A stretch of DNA of 31,574 bases from a virus (taxonomy: Duplodnaviria; Caudoviricetes): positions 1-31,574 of IMG/VR virus record IMGVR_UViG_3300048777_000037; one strand, 5' to 3'. The notes beneath the pieces were generated by a model, which ran no database searches, was not told where the DNA came from, and saw only the letters and a list, made by a program, of their open reading frames with translations. The first letter of the stretch is position 1. Each line of letters begins with the position of its first letter. Positions 9,901 to 18,194 of the stretch are shown piece by piece. Made by a program: the position numbers and the translations under genes.

Positions 9901-10558
9901 TTGATGACCTCCTGTTAGGGTTGTGCAGACGATTTCTTTCGCTTATGTCTGGCCTTTTCTTTCCCTTGCACCAGCAGACTTGTCCCATATGCGATTCTGA
10001 TAGTTTGCGCCTTGTTTCTTCGCTCACAGGTCCGCGCTTTCTTCCAAGCAATGCGGCTCTGCGTTTCTCGTTAGATTCAGGCGACTGTATCTTTCCCTTA
10101 TGCGCATCGGACATTCTCTTACGGGCCTCTAAACTCCGAGGACCGAATTTATGCCCAAGAAGTCTGGCGGTAACGTCGGGGCGCTTTTTCCCTGTCCAAT
10201 ATCCAACGGAAAGGTTATGGGGAGGATTCAACTTCTTAGCCAAAGACATCTTAGCGCGAGTCTCTGGAGCATGTTTTCCAGCAGAACCACCTTCTTTGAG
10301 GTTGTATCCGATTTCCGTAGCGTTAGAGACAATCATCCATAATTTTTCAAGATTGTCGAGAGATTCCTTATCCTCTGCTTCCCCTAGAATCTCTCGACTG
10401 AAATTCTCCCAGCCATGCGCTCGGATTGCACACGCGAGAGGAGTCTTGACCTTTGTTCGAGAGTGCTGTCCCATACGCTGAGCATAATCTGTCGTTTGAC
10501 CGATGTAATACCGGCCATTCGTCAAATCGGTCAACAGGTACACCACTCCATATGCCAT
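9881..10558 (-). CDS. Free-standing GIY-YIG homing endonuclease with NUMOD3 repeats
   Basis: GVVY...YYIGQT motif, R and E catalytic positions, GYNLKEGG. NUMOD3-like repeats HAPETRAKMS, SLEARKRMSDAHKG, SPESNEKRR, SEETRRKLSESHMG. Confidence 0.9.
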   Translation of the reverse strand: MAYGVVYLLTDLTNGRYYIGQTTDYAQRMGQHSRTKVKTPLACAIRAHGWENFSREILGEAEDKESLDNLEKLWMIVSNATEIGYNLKEGGSAGKHAPETRAKMSLAKKLNPPHNLSVGYWTGKKRPDVTARLLGHKFGPRSLEARKRMSDAHKGKIQSPESNEKRRAALLGRKRGPVSEETRRKLSESHMGQVCWCKGKKRPDISERNRLHNPNRRSSNAHTSS

Positions 10559-11385
10559 TACTTCACCTTCGGCTTGGCTGTGATTGCCGCCTTCAGCTGC
10601 TCATCGGCAGCTTGCAACTCCAAGTAGAGTTCCATATTCACCACATGGCCAGCCTCACACGTCGCCACATCGGGATCGCAGAGGCGTCCACACATCTTGC
10701 ACTTGGTACGCCCAACTGGGTTTGCATCAAGCATCCATGGGGAATCCTGCGGATTGTCGCGGCCAAGAATCTTTGCGGCCAGGAAGTGAACTTCGGGACG
10801 CACGGCGCGGGCAAATAATTTGCGGTCTGTGGCGTAAATATCACCGGCCCACTTCACAATCTGGCGGCACTCTTCCTCAAGCGCCAGATGCGCGTTCCGC
10901 AACTCTTCTCGCGTCGGTACTTCATTCTCTGAAACAAAAATGCCGAAACGGACCAGGCTGCGATGCCTCGGTTTCCCAACACCAATCATCCGGCTTGCGA
11001 AACCGAGCCTTCCATCCTCATCTGCGCCGTTGTCGTAGAGCGCTGTCATCTCATCCTCGGATTTGATGACAAACTCCTCCATAGTTTTTGATATTGGAGA
11101 TTCCCACTGTCCCGTGACCGCATTCATCACCAGCATCTCGGCGTATTCGTCACCGTTTGGACACGCGGGAATGGTGAAAGTGCCGGTTGACCCGGTATTC
11201 ACGGTTTGTGCCCAGGGACCGACATTGAAGATGTGGACTTTCTCTTTCTTCGACTCCTCAATGATCCGCAATTTGATTGGAAGGATGCGCGATCTGCCAA
11301 TAGACTGCTTTTGGCCGATTGCTCTGTCTGCCACATCCGAACGAGGAACTTTCGGTAACGCCCTGTCGATGATGCTTGAAGGCAT
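10558..11385 (-). CDS. Hypothetical protein with C-terminal Zn ribbon
   Basis: 275 aa, CKMC...CEAGH near the C-terminus, SD AAGGAG. Confidence 0.7.
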   Translation of the reverse strand: MPSSIIDRALPKVPRSDVADRAIGQKQSIGRSRILPIKLRIIEESKKEKVHIFNVGPWAQTVNTGSTGTFTIPACPNGDEYAEMLVMNAVTGQWESPISKTMEEFVIKSEDEMTALYDNGADEDGRLGFASRMIGVGKPRHRSLVRFGIFVSENEVPTREELRNAHLALEEECRQIVKWAGDIYATDRKLFARAVRPEVHFLAAKILGRDNPQDSPWMLDANPVGRTKCKMCGRLCDPDVATCEAGHVVNMELYLELQAADEQLKAAITAKPKVK

Positions 11386-11397
11386 ATTCTCTCTCCT

Positions 11398-12093
11398 TTA
11401 GAAACCGGCTACCTGAAGTTGCCCAGAGGTAGGTTTGATGGTTCGCGCTCCACGGGTCGGAAGCCCAAGGCTACGTGCATCCTGAAGATCGCGGAAGGAT
11501 TTTTGCGCCTTGACTCGTCCTCCGATGTTCGCGGCCCGGATACCTGATACCCGCTGACTGTCGTGCATCTTGTCGAAGTTCTGCTGAAATTTGTCCTGCT
11601 TCGCTTTTTCCGTTGCCTGCTCGATTGCTGCCTTATTCGCGGCCTGAGAGTTGAATTTTGCCTTGTTGACGAGCGCCGCTACAATTCCCGCAGCGCCAAT
11701 CTGCTCCGGCTTGTTGAAGGTCCAAACCCACTGCCAATCACCGTTGGCCGGGTAAGGTCCGGTGAGGCATAGATGGGTTTTGGGGTCTTCCCACGCAGCG
11801 CGGTATTCAAGTTCCGTCTGCTTGGTAAACTCCTGAGCCGAAACCCACTTTTCCATGATCCATTTGTCGCCGATATATTCGTAACGAGGGCATGACTGGT
11901 AGCCGGTGAAATAAACAGCGCCCGTATCTGGATCTGTGAATTCACCGCCTACCAGCCCGCGCACGGTTGGCGCAAAGACGATTCGGAAAAGTGGCTCATC
12001 CCTGCCGGGGATTTTCCCGTACTGCCCCATAGACATCGTGGGGTAGTGAGTAGGCTTGGGAATCTCCCCGCAAGTTTGAATCAATTCAGACAA
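11398..12093 (-). CDS. Hypothetical protein downstream of the capsid gene
   Basis: 231 aa, TTG start with SD GAGG. Confidence 0.7.
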   Translation of the reverse strand: MSELIQTCGEIPKPTHYPTMSMGQYGKIPGRDEPLFRIVFAPTVRGLVGGEFTDPDTGAVYFTGYQSCPRYEYIGDKWIMEKWVSAQEFTKQTELEYRAAWEDPKTHLCLTGPYPANGDWQWVWTFNKPEQIGAAGIVAALVNKAKFNSQAANKAAIEQATEKAKQDKFQQNFDKMHDSQRVSGIRAANIGGRVKAQKSFRDLQDARSLGLPTRGARTIKPTSGQLQVAGF

Positions 12094-12118
12094 GTTTGAA
12101 CCTCTCTGTTACCGCAAG

Positions 12119-13390
12119 TTATTGACCGTAAAGGCCGTGTTCTATCGCAATTCCGTTTAAGAAGGCGTTCATTCTCGTTTGCACCCACACGAGGTTAAGC
12201 TCGGCCACCATGTAGAAAACCAGCCCGGAAGCCTGACCGCCCGACTGCCCGATGAGGCCGAAGAGGGTCTGACTGCCGACGTCGTAGAAATCGATGGACT
12301 TGGTTTCGACCATGGAAGCGTTCTTGAGCGCGAGGAAGTCGATGTACCCCGGCACAGCGCGTTCGTTGATGAGCCAACGCCGCCCAGCGATGGTTGTTGA
12401 GGCTTCCCGCTTGAGCATATCCTCGGATTCGGAACCCTTCATCTCAGCCATATTGATGTGCTGGACGAGGAGCGCGTTCATCTCCCAGGCGTTCTGCTCG
12501 TTGACGGTTGCATGGGCTACAAGCTCATCAGCATCCGCTTTCTTCTTGCCCATTGCCAACTGAATTTGGGAATGGATGGCGCGGACGATCTGAGGGGTCA
12601 AGGCGCCGTTGACGGGAATGTTCTGGGCAATGTACTTGCCAGACCACGCCGCGCGCTGTACGGTCAGCCAGTTGCCGGTATCGGTGGCCACCTGATAGTA
12701 GCGAAGGCCGTTCAAGCCAGTGTTGGCCTGCCCAGAAGCTCCATTGACCATGAGCTTCATGCCGACAGTGATTGTGCCGGTCGGAACCGGATTCAGCAAC
12801 AGGATTTGGTTCAGAGAAATATCGGAATCCTGTACTGTGATGGTTGTCACAAACGCACCGCCGACTGCTGTCCAAACGTCAATATCCTCATCGTCAAGGA
12901 ACAGATTGGCGGAATTGACGCCAAGGGCGGTGATGTTGCCGCCAGAGGTCACGATGCTGGTAACGGTGTCGATGGTGTTGGAAGCATCGCCCTGGAGGAC
13001 GGTTTCGAGGAAGTCGGCAAACCGCTCTGGCGCAAGAGTGCGTGTGAGGGTAGCGAAGTTCTCGATTGCCTTTTCGTCGGTGTCGGTTGCGTATTCCGCC
13101 TGCTTGGTATAGCTGAAGGCGTGAATGTAGCAAACCGGGGTGATCTGGCCGGGAACCTGAGTAGGCCCGGAGCCAATGCCCATGTCAACGCCGTTCATGT
13201 TGCCGACACGGGGCTTGCCGCCAAGAGACGGCATGGTGGGAATCCTCGAAGGCCGGTCACTAACCGCCTTGATTTTGGATTTCTGGATTTCCTTCAACAG
13301 GACGGATTGCGAGAGAACGTAGTTCTCAAGTTCCGGTCTGACGTACTCTTGCTCGGAAGCAAGAGCCTGTGCTGCATCTGCGATAGCCAT
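12119..13390 (-). CDS. Major capsid protein
   Basis: 423 aa directly after portal and scaffold. Strong C/G-ending codon bias. HK97-like layout (GLNGLRYY, IAGRRWLINERAVPGYIDFL). Confidence 0.8.
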   Translation of the reverse strand: MAIADAAQALASEQEYVRPELENYVLSQSVLLKEIQKSKIKAVSDRPSRIPTMPSLGGKPRVGNMNGVDMGIGSGPTQVPGQITPVCYIHAFSYTKQAEYATDTDEKAIENFATLTRTLAPERFADFLETVLQGDASNTIDTVTSIVTSGGNITALGVNSANLFLDDEDIDVWTAVGGAFVTTITVQDSDISLNQILLLNPVPTGTITVGMKLMVNGASGQANTGLNGLRYYQVATDTGNWLTVQRAAWSGKYIAQNIPVNGALTPQIVRAIHSQIQLAMGKKKADADELVAHATVNEQNAWEMNALLVQHINMAEMKGSESEDMLKREASTTIAGRRWLINERAVPGYIDFLALKNASMVETKSIDFYDVGSQTLFGLIGQSGGQASGLVFYMVAELNLVWVQTRMNAFLNGIAIEHGLYGQ

Positions 13391-13575
13391 GAAAATAACC
13401 TCTTTTTGAGATCATCTCCACGCCCTCTTCGCTTCCCGTATGGGAGAGCCAGCACGAGTGCCGCTGTAGCTTTCGCGTGTTCCGATGTACTACGCCCAAT
13501 CTTCCAATATCGGTTTATGGCTTCCCGCTGCCTTTGTCGGATTGGGGTACTTCATCTACCAAAAAGCATACCACA
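13391..13575 (-). promoter_or_regulatory. Extended -10 promoter and structured ~170-nt leader of the capsid gene
   Basis: TGGTATGCT (13565-13573, minus strand), then nested complementary segments CCCAATC/GATTGGG, GATG..GTAC/GTACATC and CACGC/GCGTG. Confidence 0.5.
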
Positions 13576-13579
13576 CGTA

Positions 13580-14881
13580 CTACTTCCTCTTCCACTTCAC
13601 CGGCTTTGCACGTCCTACGATGTAGGCGGTATTGTCGGCTTGGATGCCACCACGCCGGAAATCAACTTTCAGTCCGAGGCGGCTAGGAGAATCTGAAATC
13701 CACTCGAACTTGGTATTGTCGGTCTGCTGCTGGGCCTGTATGCCGGTTTTCTGCGCTTGCTGGCCTGTCGCCGCAGCCTTTTTTCCCTGCCCAGTCTTGC
13801 GCTTCGCTAGAACGTCATCCACGGCTCGTTTGACGGCACCAGGAATGATCTTCTTATGCTCGGATTCAACCGTCATGCTGTACGAAGTCTTATTTTTGGC
13901 CTTGAGCAAGCTCTTAATCTTCCCCTGATAGGCCGTGTTCGCCCTCACACGCGCATCTACCTCGGTTTTCACAGCGTTGCGGATCGAGTTCGCCTCTGCC
14001 GGTGTGAATTTCACACTTGGGGCAATCTTTTTGATCTCGTTGACGGTAAAAGACTCCGAACGGGGGCGAATCTCGCGCAACCACTCGTCGTGCAGGACGT
14101 TCATCTCCCGCTGCTCAAGATTATTGCCCTCTGTTCCGGTTTTCGTGCCCGGTTGCTGGCTTTGAATGGCTTTTGGCGCTATTGGGTTCCTGGCGGTCGT
14201 ATTGATCTGCTCCACAACGCCCTTGATTGCCTTAAATGCCTCAATTACCGTCTGCAAGTTAGGGTCATCGGAGGTTTGCGGCAAAACACGCTCCAAGAGA
14301 GCCATTTGAAGTGGAATCCCCGCGTTACCGAGATACCCGGACACAGATTTGCAGATGTACGCCGAAAATCTCTCTGGATTCACGTCTGCAAAGCGGTCCA
14401 TAGCCACTGGAACCAGCTTTTGGAAGCTATCAGGGTTGGCTTCGACCATCTGGTTGATAAGTTTGGGGTCTCCGGCCTGAAATGCATTGTCATAATCACG
14501 CCAGAACGACCGCTCGGCCAGAGTATTCGAGATTACCTGCTCAATCGGCGTTGATCCCGGTACATACTCGGCATCGTCGGTATTGTCGTCGAGTTTTTCA
14601 AGCAGCTTCAGCCGCTCGACGGTTTTTGCAACGCCATCAGGAAGCAGTTTTCTGGATTCCTCCCAATGATGCAGCGCCTTTTTAACCTCGCGGTGCAATT
14701 CTGGAGAATCTTTCAGCTTGTCCTTGAGTTGCTTCCAGGTACTCGCCGCCGACGCTGGTTCACCGTCAACCGACTGCGCCTGTTCCGCACCTTCAACTTC
14801 CGCTTCGGCTCCCTGCTCAACTTCTTCCGCGCCCTCAGATTCGAGTTCCGCGCCTACGTCAAGTACCGCTTCATCTGCCAT
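13580..14881 (-). CDS. Capsid scaffolding protein
   Basis: Likely start MADEAVLD (SD GGAGAG). Acidic N-terminus, helical body. Between portal and capsid. Confidence 0.65.
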   Translation of the reverse strand: MADEAVLDVGAELESEGAEEVEQGAEAEVEGAEQAQSVDGEPASAASTWKQLKDKLKDSPELHREVKKALHHWEESRKLLPDGVAKTVERLKLLEKLDDNTDDAEYVPGSTPIEQVISNTLAERSFWRDYDNAFQAGDPKLINQMVEANPDSFQKLVPVAMDRFADVNPERFSAYICKSVSGYLGNAGIPLQMALLERVLPQTSDDPNLQTVIEAFKAIKGVVEQINTTARNPIAPKAIQSQQPGTKTGTEGNNLEQREMNVLHDEWLREIRPRSESFTVNEIKKIAPSVKFTPAEANSIRNAVKTEVDARVRANTAYQGKIKSLLKAKNKTSYSMTVESEHKKIIPGAVKRAVDDVLAKRKTGQGKKAAATGQQAQKTGIQAQQQTDNTKFEWISDSPSRLGLKVDFRRGGIQADNTAYIVGRAKPVKWKRK

Positions 14882-14894
14882 GCTCTCTCTCCTT

Positions 14895-17336
14895 TTAGAC
14901 GGTTGCCGTTCCCCGCGTTCCTGGTGCTGCTGCGTTCTTCTGTACAGAACTCTGCGCCTCTGGTGCCGCTTCCTTGATTCCCGCCTGTGCATTCATTTGC
15001 TGTTTGCCAGAGCTATCCTCATCCTTGAATGAGATTTGCTCACTAGGCGGCTTCATCTGCTGTGCTGCCTGGGCCGCTGCTTGCGCCTGAGCCGCCATCA
15101 TCTGATCGTGAACCGCTTTGTGCATCCTCACATTTTGGATACCGAGTGCGGCCCGCTTTAAGGCTTCCTCTGGTGCTTCCCCAGATTCCGGCTGAGCTAC
15201 ATTCATCCTCAACCAGCAATCCTCGCTCGATAGGTATTCTTGGCACTTTGCTGACTCCCACTTGTGATAATCGTCTTGCTCTGGCATTATTGACGGCTGC
15301 GGTTGTGGAGGAGCATACGGCGGGGCTGGTAAACCCTGCTGCTCAGCCTGTAACGCCTGCTCCGCGTGTTGAACCGCATATTGAGCAATTTCCTCTGGCG
15401 CTGGAATGTTTGGCGGTTCCTGCAAAAGTAGTTCAAGCTCTCTCGCCTGCTTCTTGTATGCAATCGCCGGAATGAACACCAAGTCCTGATTGCCATTGAG
15501 TTCGATAAACTCCTCCCAGTTGTCGGGAGACTCGAAGAGCGCCTGACCCACAGGAGAAGCTCCTGCCATTTTAACGAGATCGGTGAGGTTCGCACGTTTC
15601 GCCGCCGTGGTCTCTGGGAAAGATGAATCAGACACATGGGAATGGAACTTGCCCTTTTTCAACCGTTCCATCTTTACGGTGATCTTCGCCCCATCCTTAC
15701 CAACGACGGCTATCTCCGTTCCATGGTCGGGATTCTTGGATGCAAGCCGCGCCGCCTTCTCTGCAATCCCCGCGAATAGAATCTGCAAATATCCCCACGA
15801 TGGGCCGAGCATCCCCATTGCCTGAGAACGCTCCATTGCTGTCTTTGCTGCCGGGTCGCCAGACTTAGATTCCCCTTGAAGGACAGGCATCGACCCTGAA
15901 ATATCCTGCGATACCGGCCCGCGAAGCTCTTCAATCGCCTCATCGAATCCCTCCGGAGGCGCTGCTGGAGGTTCGCGGTAAACTATCTGTTTCCCAATCT
16001 CCTGATCTGGCGGTCCCTCTTTCAAAAGAATGTAGTCATTTGGCCGTGATCGCTGATTTGAGATAGCCTGATAATCTTCGTCGCTGCCCCGGAAATACGT
16101 TACACTCCAGCCGGTTTCGTAATTCTCTCGCTTGGCATTCATGTAATCGTTGTAGGCGTCTTGGACAACCTTCATCGGCTCCATCAGCGCCCCGCCGGTC
16201 ATGCCATCGCGCTCCATCGGGAACACAATATCAATCGCATCGTCAGGGCACTCATTCCAGCTCTCTGAGTATGACTTGCCTACATACTTAATGTGGCAAC
16301 CATCGGGGAACAATTGCAGGAACTTATCGCGGTAAGTGAACTCCTTGCCATCATCGCGCACATCTTTTTCATCAACGCCAGGATAAGCAGAGTCGAACAT
16401 CTTGTCTTGGAACACTTCAGGGCGTAGGAAGCCATTCAACTCAGTCGTAAGGTAATTCAGCGCGAGGCCGGTAAGAAAGAATCCCTTTTTGGCTTGTTTG
16501 ACTCCGATTCGCGCAAAGCGATTCCAGTCCGATTCGCCAATAGACGGCTCCCCAGCGGTGATCTTCGAGCGAATCCACTCATTCTGACCTTTGAGGGCAA
16601 GAACATTCTTGTCGTCAAACAGGAAGCAGTACAGCGCGTCGGACAAGCACTTGCAGACGATGGGAACCTTGGACTCCATTGTTCCGTAAATGTCTGCCGT
16701 CTCCATTGAGCGCGGCTCACCCTCATCATTCAAGCCAAAACGCGCCTTGGATTTCAGCGTGTGTGTCCATGCGATTGTCCGGCCCGACATTCCCATCATG
16801 TAAGAGACGCGCTTTTGAATCCTCTTTACCGCACCGCCTTTTTCCGACTGGTCGAATATCTCCCAAAATCCCTCTGCGGTCTCAGATGCCTCGATGGACT
16901 CAGAATCCTGCTTATCCGCCGCGAACCCAATGCCGGGAGGATTCTGTGTTAGCACTGCATCGAGCGAACGCCAACGCGCTCGGAAAATGTTGTAAGCGCC
17001 CATAAACATTGGGCATTGAACATTCTGGCCATTACCGATATCAACATATCCGCCAGTCGTACCAACCTGGTAAACACCTGTTGACCAGTTGGGGTAAACG
17101 TGCTGGATTCCATCGTAATAGAAGCGCATGATGCGGTCGAGCAGCACTTCGATGCGCCGGTCGTACATTTCCTGGTCTTGGAGTTTCTTTACGATGCCTT
17201 CTAGCTTGTCAGTCAAGTCTTGAGGCATATCCCGGTTATTCTCGCCGTAGGTTGGCGGATCATCGGGCTGCGGAACCGAGTCTAGTCCGGTTTCGTCCGC
17301 TTCAAGTCCATCCGGGAGTAGGGCGTTAGTTGCCAT
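14895..17336 (-). CDS. Portal protein
   Basis: About 813 aa, YNIFR motif, 'LMEPMKVVQDAYN' and 'ISGSMPVLQG...SG' segments, Q/A-rich C-terminal tail typical of P22-like portals. Confidence 0.8.
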   Translation of the reverse strand: MATNALLPDGLEADETGLDSVPQPDDPPTYGENNRDMPQDLTDKLEGIVKKLQDQEMYDRRIEVLLDRIMRFYYDGIQHVYPNWSTGVYQVGTTGGYVDIGNGQNVQCPMFMGAYNIFRARWRSLDAVLTQNPPGIGFAADKQDSESIEASETAEGFWEIFDQSEKGGAVKRIQKRVSYMMGMSGRTIAWTHTLKSKARFGLNDEGEPRSMETADIYGTMESKVPIVCKCLSDALYCFLFDDKNVLALKGQNEWIRSKITAGEPSIGESDWNRFARIGVKQAKKGFFLTGLALNYLTTELNGFLRPEVFQDKMFDSAYPGVDEKDVRDDGKEFTYRDKFLQLFPDGCHIKYVGKSYSESWNECPDDAIDIVFPMERDGMTGGALMEPMKVVQDAYNDYMNAKRENYETGWSVTYFRGSDEDYQAISNQRSRPNDYILLKEGPPDQEIGKQIVYREPPAAPPEGFDEAIEELRGPVSQDISGSMPVLQGESKSGDPAAKTAMERSQAMGMLGPSWGYLQILFAGIAEKAARLASKNPDHGTEIAVVGKDGAKITVKMERLKKGKFHSHVSDSSFPETTAAKRANLTDLVKMAGASPVGQALFESPDNWEEFIELNGNQDLVFIPAIAYKKQARELELLLQEPPNIPAPEEIAQYAVQHAEQALQAEQQGLPAPPYAPPQPQPSIMPEQDDYHKWESAKCQEYLSSEDCWLRMNVAQPESGEAPEEALKRAALGIQNVRMHKAVHDQMMAAQAQAAAQAAQQMKPPSEQISFKDEDSSGKQQMNAQAGIKEAAPEAQSSVQKNAAAPGTRGTATV

Positions 17337-17617
17337 CAATTCCTCTGGGCAGATTCTATTGCTAGGTTCACCATATCTTCACGCGCTAGAATCGCTGCTA
17401 TTGCCCTTGCAACCACGTCACAGCACGGTTTCCCGTCGGTAATGGTGCTCAGGCAGTACGGGCATTGAATCACGCAGTCCTTCGGCGACAACCGCGCTTC
17501 CCGCATCTGTTTCCACACGTAATCGAGCTTCTGCTGTCCGGTCATGCACTGGCAACACGGCCCTTGCGTGAGCGGGTTCCACATATGCCGAACACAATAT
17601 GCGCCGTTGTGGTTCAT
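17336..17617 (-). CDS. Cys-rich hypothetical protein
   Basis: 93 aa, CVRH, CCQC, CPYC, CC. ATGA overlap. Confidence 0.6.
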   Translation of the reverse strand: MNHNGAYCVRHMWNPLTQGPCCQCMTGQQKLDYVWKQMREARLSPKDCVIQCPYCLSTITDGKPCCDVVARAIAAILAREDMVNLAIESAQRN

Positions 17618-17817
17618 CGCTGATACAACTTTCCACGCGCCTTGGACTTGATGCGCTCGGCTTCCGATTCGCTGATGTTGCCCGCGTGTTCGCTGCGGGT
17701 AGCTCCGCTGATCGCTAAACGGGCGTGTGTGGCATCGTTGACCGGGAAGCTGCGCCCAGGGCCAGCAAAGGAACTCTTCGACATCTTCTTGCGGTCTGCT
17801 GCGTAGAATTTACTCAC
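17614..17817 (-). CDS. Small basic protein, DUF6582-like
   Basis: RKKMSKSSFAGPGRSFPVNDATHARLAIS resembles the 'FA.P..R.YPI.D..HAR.A' phage motif (recalled, not searched). Confidence 0.6.
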   Translation of the reverse strand: MSKFYAADRKKMSKSSFAGPGRSFPVNDATHARLAISGATRSEHAGNISESEAERIKSKARGKLYQR

Positions 17818-18017
17818 ACAATCTCCTCGCCTACAAAGTAGCCGATCTGAGGATGCTGCGGATCGGGAACGAGGGCAAATACCCCGACGTGGGTATTGTA
17901 GTAAAGATTCCCGGAAGCGTCTCTGTCCTGATAGTTCTGAACTCTCGCGTTTGGGAATCTCCGCTTAATTTCCGGGGTAACGAATGGTTCACCTTCGTAG
18001 ATCAGCTTATCGGGCAT
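17814..18017 (-). CDS. Small hypothetical protein
   Basis: Start MPDKLIYEG with SD AAGGGA. Overlaps both neighbours. Confidence 0.55.
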   Translation of the reverse strand: MPDKLIYEGEPFVTPEIKRRFPNARVQNYQDRDASGNLYYNTHVGVFALVPDPQHPQIGYFVGEEIV

Positions 18018-18183
18018 ACAGTTTTCCCTTCCGCTCAGGCTTGCCCTTTTCAGAGCCGGTTGCAAAGTCGTGAAGCTGAGGTTTGGACATCTTGAGTAGC
18101 CCCCGGTTTCTCGAATAGAGTTTGCCGGGGGCGTGCTCAGCGATTTGCATGGCGGTCTGTTGCGCCTTCGATACGGACGGCAT
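18007..18183 (-). CDS. DUF3008-like small basic protein (58 aa, absent from the ORF track)
   Basis: Manual translation MPSVSKAQQTAMQIAEHAPGKLYSRNRGLLKMSKPQLHDFATGSEKGKPERKGKLYAR matches the recalled 'MPAKSKAQQ...MS..EL.DFA...KG.P' pattern. Confidence 0.7.
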   Translation of the reverse strand: MPSVSKAQQTAMQIAEHAPGKLYSRNRGLLKMSKPQLHDFATGSEKGKPERKGKLYAR

Positions 18184-18194
18184 CGCTCACCGCC

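Noticed and set aside
12458-13696. 412-aa plus-strand ORF opposite the capsid gene
   Set aside because: An antisense shadow explained by the capsid gene's codon bias. No RBS or recognisable motif.
18099-18132. GCCCCCGG...CCGGGGGC hairpin as a terminator or ncRNA in an apparent intergenic gap
   Set aside because: The gap is filled by the 58-aa DUF3008-like ORF and there is no U tract.
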